Source: Ministeria vibrans ATCC 50519 (Eukaryota > Protista > Filasterea). Taken from it: a stretch of 64,000 bases of DNA. The DNA lies in NCBI GenBank assembly GCA_943704425.1, contig CALSCP010002497.1, positions 1 through 64,000 on the forward strand, written 5' to 3'. Under the pieces are notes generated by a model. That model was not told the DNA's origin. It saw nothing but the letters and a program-made list of their open reading frames with translations, and made no database searches. Below, in pieces: positions 45,448 through 58,100 of the stretch. Position 1 is the first letter of the stretch. The number at the start of each line of letters is the position of its first letter. Position numbers and translations under genes: made by a program.

Positions 45448-46129
45448 GTTGTAATAATAATAACAATAATAATAATAGTAATAATAATAATAATAATAAT
45501 AAAAATAATAACAATAATAATAAAAATAATGATAATGATAATGATAATGATAATGCTAATGATAATGCTAAAAAATACTAATTATTATGTTTGTTTATTC
45601 TTGTGAGTAGAACGGGAAAGTGCCACGCAATGAACATGGAAATGTGGATTTGTTTATTGCGGAGCGGATGATGCCACTTGGTTGTGTATGTGTGAAGCTT
45701 CCGCATGTCAAGCGGGTTGCGGCCAAGCTCAAGATTGACATTGTCGAGGCGGTTGTTGGCTTTGACCTGAGCAGTACGTTAAAGTATTCTATTTGTGTGT
45801 GACTGTGACTCATAATTATTATGTGCATTGTGTGTTGTGTGTCGTGTGTTGTGTTTGATGTTTATAATCATATTAATCATATGTGTGTAGAGGGACGAAT
45901 GGTGCCGACTATTGGGGGAGTGGTGGTGTGTCAGGAGTTTGAGGAGACACTGCGTCTTGCGTGTGCAGAGGAAGCGGTGCTAGTGCAACAGCGCGCCGAA
46001 GCACGCCAAGCGAAGGCAAAGCGCGCCGCAAATTCCCTTGTAGAAAAGAAACGCAAGGCACAAGAGCAGCTCGATCGGCAGTTTGGCAAGGTTGCCAAAT
46101 CGTCAAGCGACGACATTGAACATTTGTAA
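42894..46129 (+). CDS. XPC: XPC/Rad4 DNA damage recognition protein; exons 42894-45065, 45146-45283, 45611-45773, 45891-46129
   Basis: Motifs [87 protein letters not shown] and PTIGGVVVC. Confidence 0.93.
45381..45570. repeat. (AAT)n microsatellite in XPC intron 2
   Basis: Read directly. Confidence 0.95.
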
Positions 46130-46215
46130 AGAAATTACTCCTCGTAATCAAGATTAAAAGATTTATAACAAAATAAACAAATCGAAAATCAAATCAATTT
46201 ATAGTTTTAAAGACA

Positions 46216-48476
46216 ATGGCTCTCACCCTTCCTGAACCACCAAAGTCGTGGACGCCCAATGAGGCCCCCAAAATCACTGCATCCATTTCAGGTTTGACAT
46301 TTTCCCTTCCACTTCCTCTCGTCGCTCTGTGCCCATGCACTACTCTCCTCCCTCTCCTCCTTGGTAGTAGCTCTCCTTTCTATCGGTTCAACAACCGGAT
46401 GCAAGGGAGCGCAGTCGAGAAACAGCTGAGAAATGTCGTACACGTGGAAACTCATCGTGCGCATGTTCGCTTCTCTCTCTCTCCTCTCTTTCTCTCTTTC
46501 TCTCTTTCTCTTGCTTCTCAGGCTTTCCCCAGACCGGCAGCATTGAGCCGGTGGGTCCGTTCTTCCAGGCGATCTCTCGTCGTGCGCGTCACAACCGAAC
46601 AGAAAGTGAAGATGAGCGTGTGCAGAAGGCAGCAATTGCGAAGGCGCAGGAGAACAAGAGTGCAGCCGAGTCGACACCCAACGCTCATCTGTTTGACGTC
46701 GACGACAAGGCCATGGAGGACTTCCTCCTGGACCAGGACCCCGCCGAGTGGCGCTCCAAGCCTATCGACATGTACAAGGTGATGGGCCTGTCGAAACTGC
46801 GATGGCGCGCCACCCTTGAGGACATCAAGTTTGCCTACTCGAAGAAGGTACTACCACCGCACAACACAACACAACACAACCAATGATTAATCGTTTCTCT
46901 CCCAACTTGGTAGGTGCTGTTGTATCACCCGGACAAGCGTGGTGGTCCGTCGGGGGCGGATGAGGAGGACGACGATCTGTTCAAGGTGATCAAGAAGGCC
47001 TTTGAGATTCTGACGGACAAGAACTGGCGTTCTGCCTTCGACTCGATCGATCCATTCTACGACGATGCAGTGCCGGCGGTGAACGAGAAGAATAAGAAGA
47101 ACTTTTACGCGGTGTTTGGACCGGTGTTTGAGCGCAACGCTCACTTTTCGACGACCTACTCGGAGACGGCACCCTACAAGATTGGAACGGAGGAGAGCAC
47201 GGAGGAGGAGGTGAACGCCACGTACAACTGGTGGTACAGCTTTAACTCGTGGCGCGAGTACCAGTGGTTGGACGAGGAGGACAAGAAGCAAGAGAACCGC
47301 GACGAGCGCCGCTGGAACGACAAGGAGAACAAGGCGGAGCGCAAGCGTCGCAAGGCCGCCGAGGTGGCGCGCATGCTTCAGCTTGTGGACAACGCCATGG
47401 CGTGTGACCCGCGCATTGCGCGCTTCCGTGCTGCCGAGGCACACCGCAAGGGTGCCAAGAAGCGTGAGAAGGAGGAGGCCGCGCGTCTTGCGAAGGAAGA
47501 GGCAGACCGTGTCAAGGAGGAGGCGCGCATCGCTGCCGAAACGGCGGCTGCACTTGCCAAGGAGACTGCGGCCGAGGCCAAGAAGAAGCGCGACTGGGAG
47601 AAGCAACAGCTGAAGAACCAGCGCAAGCGTCTGCGCAACACAGCCAAGGCGAACCAGTACTTCTTGTCGGCCGACGATGAGGCGGACCCGGCCCAGCTCG
47701 AGGCGGGCATCGCACGCATCGAACAGCTCTGCGAGAAGCTTGGCTACGAGGCGCTCGATGCCGTCTCAAGCTCACTCATTGACATGGTGGCGTCCGGTGC
47801 GACTCACGAGGCACTTGCGGCCGAGCTTGAGAGTGCCCTCACGTCGCTGGGCAAGGCGCAGCACGACGCTAAGATGGCAGCGGACGCGGCCAAGGCAAGC
47901 GCAGGCTCAGAGGCAGCGTCGTCGTCGAGCAAGACAACAGCAGAGGTGTCCGCCGCACCGTGGACGTACGAAGAGAAGCAGCTGCTGGTCAAGGCCGTCA
48001 AGGTGCACCCGGCAGGCACCAATGACCGCTGGGCCGTCATTGTGCAGTACCTGCACGAGCACTTGCCGGGCCGACCGGCGGACGCCAAGGCGCGCAGCGA
48101 GAAGGACGCGCGTAACATGTACAAGGAACTTCAGTCGATGGGTGATCTGTCCAAGGAGGAACGCGAAAAGGTCAACTCGGAGGCATTTGCGGCGTTTGAG
48201 CGCAAGAAGCACACGCGCGACAACGCCGAGCCGGAATCGGCGCCGACGCAGCGCATCGAGGCTGACTCGTCAGTCGGCGAGCTGCAGACGCCGTGGAGTG
48301 CCGACGAGCAGAAGGTCCTTGAGGCCGCCATCCGCACCGTTGACAGCAGCGCACCCGACCGCTGGGCCCTCATTGCCGCAAAGGTCCCGGGGCGCTCGGC
48401 CGACGCCTGCCAGCACCGCTTCAAGGAGCTTGCTGCGGCCGTCAAGGCCAAGAAGGCTGCAGATGCTAAAAAGTAA
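46216..48476 (+). CDS. DNAJC2: DNAJC2/zuotin/MPP11 ribosome-associated J protein with two C-terminal SANT domains, 3 exons
   Basis: EPVGP...HNRTESEDER; J domain YKVMGLSKLRW...YHPDK; FNSWREY, ENRDERRW, DPRI; SANT domains WTYEEKQLLVKA..RW and WSADEQKVLEAA..DRWALIA. Confidence 0.96.
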
Positions 48477-48627
48477 ACGAGGCTTTCACTGTTTTTGATG
48501 ATCGAAAACGACATATTCTTTTAAGCATACTAGGAAGAACAGTAACTATTGTTGTTTTATTAACAGTCGTAATATGAATTATTATCGTGAAAAATTAAAA
48601 AAAGGGATTTTCGCAATTACGAAGGTG

Positions 48628-49960
48628 TCAGGCGGACGTTTCAACAGACTCGATGATCTGGTGGACAAGGTCGTTTTGGAGGGGGCTAAACATGGACCAG
48701 AGGTCACCTTGGAGAGCACGGAGGGCCATGACGTCGGAGCGGGAGCAGGCAAGAACCATAGATTGGAGAAGAAGAAAGAGGTCGTCCTGGAGGAAGGTGT
48801 GTGGGGTGGGGAAGGTGATCATGGCAGTCTGGACGGGCGCGGCGGTGGAGATGGGCCGCGGGGAGCGGTGGTGCCGCGAGAGGGCCCGCGCCGAGACGGC
48901 ATCCGCGTCGTCGTCCATATCGTCCATGTCGTCCATGCGGGGCATATATGACTTGATGATACTGATCGACTCGGTGGCGTACGTTGCTGCTGGCTGGAGC
49001 AGCAGCAGCAAAAGCAGACGCGACACTTCGGCCGAGCAGAGGTGCTCCAGTGCCGCCCCACGTTCACAGCCAGGTTCATCGGCTGCACTTGCGCGTCCGC
49101 AGTCCACCAGCTGTTGATGGCGCTGTTGTTGCTGCGCAATGAGCAGTGCCAAAATATGATTGAGAGTCTCCAGAGCGCCGTCGTAGTCGCGAAGTGCAAT
49201 GCGACACTCGACGACGCGTTGCAAGGCACTCAGCGCCGACGCTTTTTCACTGGTGGTGGCCGACGATGAAGCAATGGTTGTCGCGGACGACGGCAGTGAC
49301 GATGATGGCGCAGTAGCCGTGGCAGTCGCTGAAGTGGTGGTGGTGGCCGACGCGGAAGCTGCTTGTGCTGCAGCCGCCGCCAAAGGATCTGTAGAAGTCT
49401 CTGTGTCGACTGCCACGCCTACCCGTCTGGTGAGTAATCTTGCAGCACGCTCGTAGTAGAGAAGCGCCTCGCTGGCGTGTCCCAGTATCAGCAGTCCGTC
49501 AGCGAGCTCGGTGCACAGCATGGCGGCGAACTGGGCTCGCGAGAGTGCCTCGTAGCGTTCGATGGCGAGCAAATAACAGTGTATCGCTTCAACCATGTAC
49601 TCTTCAAAGCCCGTATAGTCTGTGTCGTTGGCGTCCAGTTCCGTCTTGAGAAACATTTGCGCTACAATTCAAAGGCGATTCACACAAGAGTCAGCAACTC
49701 CATCACACACACACACACACACAATTAATACCTGCTTCCCAGGTACGCTCTGCTTCGGTGGTGGCATTTCCAGCGGATTGGGCACAGCGGGCGACGGCCA
49801 GCGAGCAGAACGCAGCGTATTGGTGGTTTCCTTCGCGCCGCAACGACGCCACAAGATCGCCATACAAATCGCGAGCGTCCGTCACATTGACTTTCCGAAA
49901 GAAGCGTTTCTTCAGCTTGGCACCAATGGCTCGGTACGAAGTCCAAAACTCGGCCGACAT
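48628..49960 (-). CDS. F8A1: HAP40 (40-kDa huntingtin-associated protein, F8A); exons 49960-49732, 49661-48628
   Basis: FWTSYRAIGAKLKKRFFRKVNV...[26 protein letters not shown] and DLFLLLQSMVLAC...LQGDLWSMFSPLQNDLVH match HAP40 motifs (LKKRFLRKPNV; YAAWCQLAVARC; FLLLQSLVMA). Confidence 0.92.
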
Positions 49961-50197
49961 GACAAAATAATTGATAATTTGATAGTGGAGCAAAGTAAGT
50001 AATTGACAAATAATTACGACGAGTAATTATTAATAAATTTATTGTTAATTATAAAATTATTTTTTGAAGTTTTCTTTTTCTTTTCTTTTTCTTTACTATC
50101 ACTCTGTTTGTTTGGACTCTCCTTATCTCTTTCTCTCATACACGCACACACACGCACATACACATGCGTCGTGTGAGTCATCCGCTCTCGTGACTGT

Positions 50198-51442
<1,245 letters not shown>

Positions 51443-51750
51443 ATCGCCACTGTTCCGTTGAGATTTAGGGGAAAATAATTATTTGAATTTGAGTTTTCAG
51501 TGTTTGTTAGAAAAAATTCATAATAATATTAAAAAAATCGCAAAACAAACTCGGAAACTGATTGTACAGTATTACAACATCCAACGTCTTGAGCGCGCCA
51601 GCGCGGTAAACACTGTGATTTAACTCATTTACTATACAAACCACAAGATATAATTGAGGTGCACTGTAGAGATTTGTAACACTCGAATTGGCTTCAAATG
51701 TGAATTGTGATCTCAAATTTCAAAGGTCAAAACACATACAACTTTTCCTC

Positions 51751-52440
51751 ATGTCAAAGCTAGCTTGGCGCCATCGAGAGGTGCTTGAGCTGCAAGAGGC
51801 CGTGGCCAAGTATGGGACGCGCTGGGAGGCGATTTTGCAAAATGCTGATTATCAAAAGCATTTGGGGCGATTTTCGGTCAAGGAGATCGCACGCAAGGCC
51901 TACAGCGTCGTCCCGAACCTCGTGACGACCCCGAGCACCTTTGTTTTAAGCAAGGGGCCGCTGAGTTCTCGTGCGGCCGCGGTGCGCAGAGGAAAGGCCA
52001 ACTTGTCAAGTGCGAAAAGTGAATCATTCGTTGTTGTGGACAAGAACGACGACGAGGAAGCGGGGGAGGAGGAGGAGGGTAGCAGTGGTGATGGTAAGGC
52101 CATGAACGAACGGCATGGCGCTCGCAACGATTCAAAGGGGCCGTTGATTGCAAGAAAGAGAGGTCGGAAGGCATCAGTTGGTTGCGCGGCAGCAACGGCA
52201 GGCGCATCAAAGAAGAAGAAGGGGCCGGCGTCGAGGGCAACAGCGACATCTTCAGTGACACGCAAGACGCAGGGGAAGTCGAAGGCGAGTCAGAAGCCCA
52301 CCTTGAAGACGCAGGCGGCGGCAGCGGTTGCAGCTGCGCTGCAGTTGCTGAAGGAGGCACAGCAGAAAAAGAAGAAGAAGAATGCAGAGGAGACGAGTGA
52401 CGATGAAGAGGAAGGTGCCAAGGACGACGACGACGACGAC

Positions 52441-52480
<40 letters not shown>

Positions 52481-53465
52481 GCGAAGAACAGTCGAGTGAT
52501 GAAGAAGAGCAAAGTACCGACGACGATGCTGATGATGATGAAGATGATGATGATGAAGAGGAGGAGGAGGAGGAGGAGGAGGAGGAGAAAGAGGTAGCGT
52601 TTTGGCCGCGACCGTCGTTGGAAGATGACTGGGTCGAGCGGTGCATCAAGTGCGGTCTTGGCGGCGAGCTTGTCTGCTGCGACGGTTGTCCACGTGCCTG
52701 GCACATTGAATGTCTTCGTGGCATAGACGTGCCCGAAGGAAGCGCTGACTGGTTCTGTTCCGTGTGTCAGACACCGCCCACCACCGAGATGACAAGGCAT
52801 GACCAGGTCAGGAACAACAACAACAACGACAACACTACGCCCACGCACACACACAATTTTTTTATTGACCGAACTTTGTACAATAGGAGACAGCCATGTC
52901 GGCAGTTGTCAACGTGTGCAAACTGTTCCTGCCGGGCCATTTCATGTCGGTCATGGGCTCACAGATTGCACAAGTGCTTGCCAGTCGCCGTATTGCGGAA
53001 CGTCGAGGGCGCGCCACTATCAACACGGGCTACCGGCGTGACGGCATGCGCGCCACAGCGGAGCTCATGGCGCTCAGCGACCCAGCACCCCGTCCCTCCT
53101 CAACCGACATTCCCGACTTTGAACTGACCTACTCCCCTGCGCAGCGCAAACAACAGTTTCTTAGCTACGGTCTCTGCCAGACAGGCAAGCGCCTCACTAA
53201 TGCACAAGTACGTCTCAACAGATAAAGACGCCACGCTACACGCATGCAGTCACTGTTTTCAACATCCCCTTTGTTTCATCATAGGTGTCGCGCTGCTATA
53301 GTGTCGTCATGGCAGCGTACAATCGCTACATGGACATTGTAAATCGTATGGATTTGCGTCGCGCACTCACCGAAGGATTTGCCGAAATCAAAGTGCGTTG
53401 TGAGGGTCGTTATGATATTCAAGTAAGCGCCATGGTCATTCTCAAGAGAAGAATGAGAGGAAGAG

Positions 53466-53548
<83 letters not shown>

Positions 53549-54950
53549 GGAGGAGAGCCAAAATAAGTAGTAGATAGAGAGAAACAAAACAAAGAGGGGG
53601 GAGAGAGAGGGAGGAGAGCCAAAATAAGTAGTAGATGGAGAGAAACAAAACAAATCGAAAGAGATCAATCATTCATTCAACCCCTGCTTTGCTCAGGTTC
53701 CCGAGTTGGAGCTGCACGAGTTTTCCTTTCTGCGCGAGAAGGCACCATGGCTGCCACTGGTGCGGGCGCTGCTGGGCAAAGACTGCGTGTGCGTGCACTC
53801 GGGCGTAATGTTGTCCATGCCGGGCAGTAAGACACAGTTTTGGCACCAGGACGGACCGCACCTCAACCGAAACCGTCTTGTTCATCTCCCACCCCACGCC
53901 ATCAATATTTTTGTGCCTCTCGTCGATCTCACGGCGCGCAACGGACCCACCGAGTTTATCCCCACCACACATTACAACTCCATGTGGGACACAGAGACCA
54001 TTGAGCCCATGTCGCTCTACCCGTCCGCCGGCGAGGTCATTGCCTTTGACTACCGCATCAAACACCGCGGCCTTGGCAATTGCTCTCCAGCTCCCCGTCC
54101 CGTCATCTACATCACCTATGCCATTCCGGGTTTCATCGATGAGGCAAACTTCTCCAATAGACGCTACCGCATGACTCTGCCAATGCTCCCCTCTCAAGAA
54201 TCCCGTCGTAAGCGCGCTCTTAAGCGCAAGGCAGATGTGAACAGCAACGCAGATGGCGACGACAACGACAACGGCAGTAGCGACAATGAAATCAGCGATG
54301 TAGACGACACCAAACCTGTAGCGAAGCGCGTGAAAGTCATGTGTCCTGCTCCTCGACCGCGTGGTCGTCCTCGCAAGAGTGCGTCCGCCTCAACCACCAC
54401 TACAGCAGCATCAGTAGTTGCGAGTGACAAGGAGAGTGGTCCTGGTCAAAGAACCATTCTCACTCGCAACGACTTACACGCGTAAGAAAAAAAAATATCA
54501 AAGTTGTTTTTCGCTCACTACTCTCTCTCTCACTATCTGTCTCTATCACTTTGCTCTTTCACTCTATCTCTGCCTTTTCTTTTTCTTTCTGTCACTTTGG
54601 TTATTTCTCTTTCTGTCACTTTGATTATTGCTCCTTCTTTCACTTTGATTTTTTCCCCCTCCTCTCTCTGTCTCTTTGTGTCTAACCCTCTTCTCTCTCT
54701 GTCTCTCTTTTCCAACTTACCCAGCGTGCTTGACGCGACCTTCAGTGTGTGGAACAAGGACCGCAACTGGGCGGGCATGTACTGTCAGCTGGTTCTACAC
54801 GTGCACACACACGGTAGTGCCTCCGTCCCCGAAAAACTCCCGTCCAATCCTGATCTCGCAAAATGGGCCAAGACTCAACGGCGCAAAATCGCCGAAAAGA
54901 CTCTCACTCCAATGCATCTCAGCCTCCTTCGCAAGATTCGCTTCCGCTGA
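51751..54950 (+). CDS. Multidomain nuclear protein, ~841 aa: Myb/SANT-like, acidic tract, PHD finger, PhyH-family 2OG-Fe(II) dioxygenase, AT-hook, helicase-associated (HA) domain; exons 51751-52806, 52887-53207, 53285-53422, 53697-54481, 54725-54950
   Basis: Myb-like WRHREVLELQEAVAKYGTRWEAIL; PHD CIKC...CCDGCPRAWHIECL...WFCSVC; PhyH-like PGSKTQFWHQDG...NIFVPLVDL...NGPTEFIP.TH...GEVIAFDYRIKHRGLGN...RPVIYITY; AT-hook RPRGRPRK; HA-like W..MY.QL..H...HGSASVP...PDLAKWAKTQR...L...HLSLLRKIRF. All four introns are GT-AG and phase-consistent. Confidence 0.85.
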
Positions 54951-55016
54951 ACACCAATACAAGACCAAAAATTACGCAAAATTAAACTCCTTATCAGCAA
55001 TGTACATAATAATAAG

Positions 55017-55058
<42 letters not shown>

Positions 55059-55153
55059 TGTAATAAAATATTAATATTATTATTGATAATATTAACGTTT
55101 TTACTGGTACAATAACAAAATATGTTTTTTTAAAACATCATAATAATCTTATA

Positions 55154-58100
55154 TCACAAATCAGCTGAGACCTCACGCAACTCAGTGGGCAGGGTGAACG
55201 CAACAGAGCGGCGAGCCACAGGAGTGTGCACATCCTCCACGTCCGAGTCGACCGACGTGGTCTCGCCCAGCGCCGCCAACTGCCGCACAACCTGCAGGAA
55301 GGATGGGCGCTCGTCCGCCGACTGTCGCCAGCACGCCTCAATGATCTCACGCGTCTCCTGTCCAACTTCGCCGCCAATCATCGGTCGTTTTCCACTCACA
55401 ACAGCCTAAACACACATAGATTCAGATCATTCTTCTTTGTCTATTTGTTGTGTTTTGTGCACCTACCTGTTCAATTTCGTAAATTTCCCGCAATTCTGCA
55501 AAAGGAAGTTTTCCCGTGGCAATTTCAAAGAGAACCATCGCAAAGCTGTACACGTCACTCCCAATGCCATGGACACCCCCAGAGATCACTTCCGGCGCCT
55601 GTTCAACGAATGAAACAGCCAATGAGTGGACGAGAGAAAGGAGGGAGTAAGAAACAAAGTGATAGAGAGAAACAAAGAAAGAGAGAGAAAAAAACAAAGT
55701 GATAGAAAGAAAGTGAGAGAGAGAAAAAAAAAAAACAAGTGATGGAGAGAGAGAAAGAAAAAAAAAATAGAGAGAAAGAAAAATAAACAAAGCGATAGAG
55801 AGAAAACAACAACAACAAAATCAAAGGAGGTGGGTTGTGCATCTTCTGACCTGCCAGAGGAGTGTACCCAAACCCGTCGTCAGAATTTGTCCCTCGCGTG
55901 AGAGTACGCTAGAGTGAGCAGCTTCACACAAGCGAGCGTTCACTGAGTATGTCCGGCGTCCGTCGCCCCCCGCATCGGAAGAGAAGGTGTGCAGAATCCG
56001 ACTCGTTCCAAAGTCAGCGACTGCAGAAAAAACAAGTATTTAAATTATTCAAACCCCCCTCGTTTTCTTTCGGTACCTTTGCAAGTCCATTTGCGCGAAA
56101 CCAAAAGATTAGGTGTTTTTAAATCTAGAAAGCAACAAAAAAAAATTATAAGAAGAAATAATTATAATTATATAAAAGGACGTCGTGAGTTTTCATACCG
56201 CGATGAAGACACGGAGGACGGAGACTGTGAAGGAAAAGCATTCCCTGAGCAGCATCGAGTGCAAAGCGAATGCGCCGCTCGTACGGCAGCGACTCAAAGG
56301 ACTCTGCAAGCAACGTGTGGAGACTCCCGCGCTCCATAAGCTCCGAGACGAGAAAGGGCAGACGCGTGTCCGGGTGTCGTCCTGCTCCGAGGAACAGCAC
56401 AATGTTGCGGTGCCGCAGCGTCCGGAGGTACCGGATCTCTTTTTCAAACTCACTCACGGCTGTTTGGTCGCTCTCGGCCACTACACAACAATAAAATTAT
56501 TATTATTATTATTCTGCGAAGTATCTTTTTAACACTCTCCTCTCCTTTGTTTGCTACTAGTTATACCTTCAATTTTGAGTTGTTTGATGGCCACAACAAA
56601 GTCACCCCAGTCACCTTCGTAGACATCGCCAGAGGCTCCGGATGCAAGAAGTTTTTTAAAGCGGACATCGCGGTAGTCAATGAGGAAGGCACGCTCAAGC
56701 GCTGCGACGTCGGCACGCGACTCCACAAGAAGACGCGAGTAGGCGGAGGCACGCGTCGTGTAGCGGTCGGCGCGACGGCGCAAGCGCACAATCACAACCA
56801 CCACAACGACAATGACAGCAATGGCAAGCGCGACACCAATAAAGATCCAGGGGGCACGGCAGTTGTCCGACGCTAAATAGCCTGCATTGCAACTGCACAC
56901 CGCATTATAATCCTTGACGACACACGAGCCCTTGTTGTGGCACGCCGACGGCTCACACACTGTACAGTCATCGTCGGATGTACTCCCCAAGGACATCGTG
57001 TACGTGAGCCCGGGACACGACGCACACTTCTCTACTCCCGACTCTGTCGAGTAGTAACCCAGGGGACACGGAGTGCACCTTTTGATAAAAAAAAGAAAAA
57101 AAAGAACATACACAAAAATGCAAACATAAATAAACACCATGAGAAATCGACGCATCCATTTGTGTTATTGTCACTTACTCGGTGAGAGAAAAAGGAGCGC
57201 CATACTGCCCGGGCGGACATGCCACAATGACCTCACGCACAAGATTGCTCGCCAGAATACCTTGCTGTGCTCCTCCAAACACAACCAGACCCTGTGTCTC
57301 GGTCCAGATGGTGTTCGCAGCAAACGTAGAGTAAGGTGTGTTGGTGCAGGGCACAAGGGTCCATTGACCCGACAGAGCATTAAGCAGGTGAATTTCCGTG
57401 AGGGGCACATTGTCTGGGCCAATTCCACCATAGACAATCATGTTCGAGCCGGCCATGCTCGCCGTGTGGTATGTCGACAGCGGCGGTCGCGCATAGCCCG
57501 CCGATTTGGGTTCCGTGTCCCATTTGTTCCATGAGCCCAGCGCCAAATGGAACACGTACACGTCGCGAAAGATGGGTGCAGGTTGAGCGGTTGTCTCGGC
57601 ATTCCACAGACACTCGACGGAGCCACCGTACAGAATGAGCGTATAGTCGTAGGCGACCAGCGACGCACCACATCGACCCGGCGGCGAGTCAAGTGTCCCG
57701 CCTGGATGCAGCAGTGTCCAATTGTATACTACAGCTTCGCCAGGTGTGTTGTCAATGAGCGAGAAGGACCAGAGATCGTCGAAGAGGGTCGTCTCGTTGG
57801 ATCCCGAGAAGATCACCATGTTCTCTGTGACGCTTGTGCCCCTCTGAGCGACGTAGGTGGTGCTACATTGGCCAGCGCGCGCCAACGGATGTACCTTCGT
57901 GTTGATCTGAGTCCATGTCTGAAAAGAACTATCGAGAATTTGAATAGTCCATGTCTCCGCATTGAACTGATGGGTAGGATGAAGACCGCCAAAGATGGTA
58001 AACGCAGTGTAGGTGTTGGTGCCTGACGTGTAGGACATCAACTCGCCGGTGTGGCAGTAGCGCGCAGACGGGCCGATGGTGCGCGGGTTGCTGATCCTTG

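Noticed and set aside
55850-56700. Receptor tyrosine kinase call
   Set aside because: The catalytic loop HRDLKTPN and GTLLWQAPE are TKL/Ser-Thr type, not HRDLAARN with a PxxW motif.
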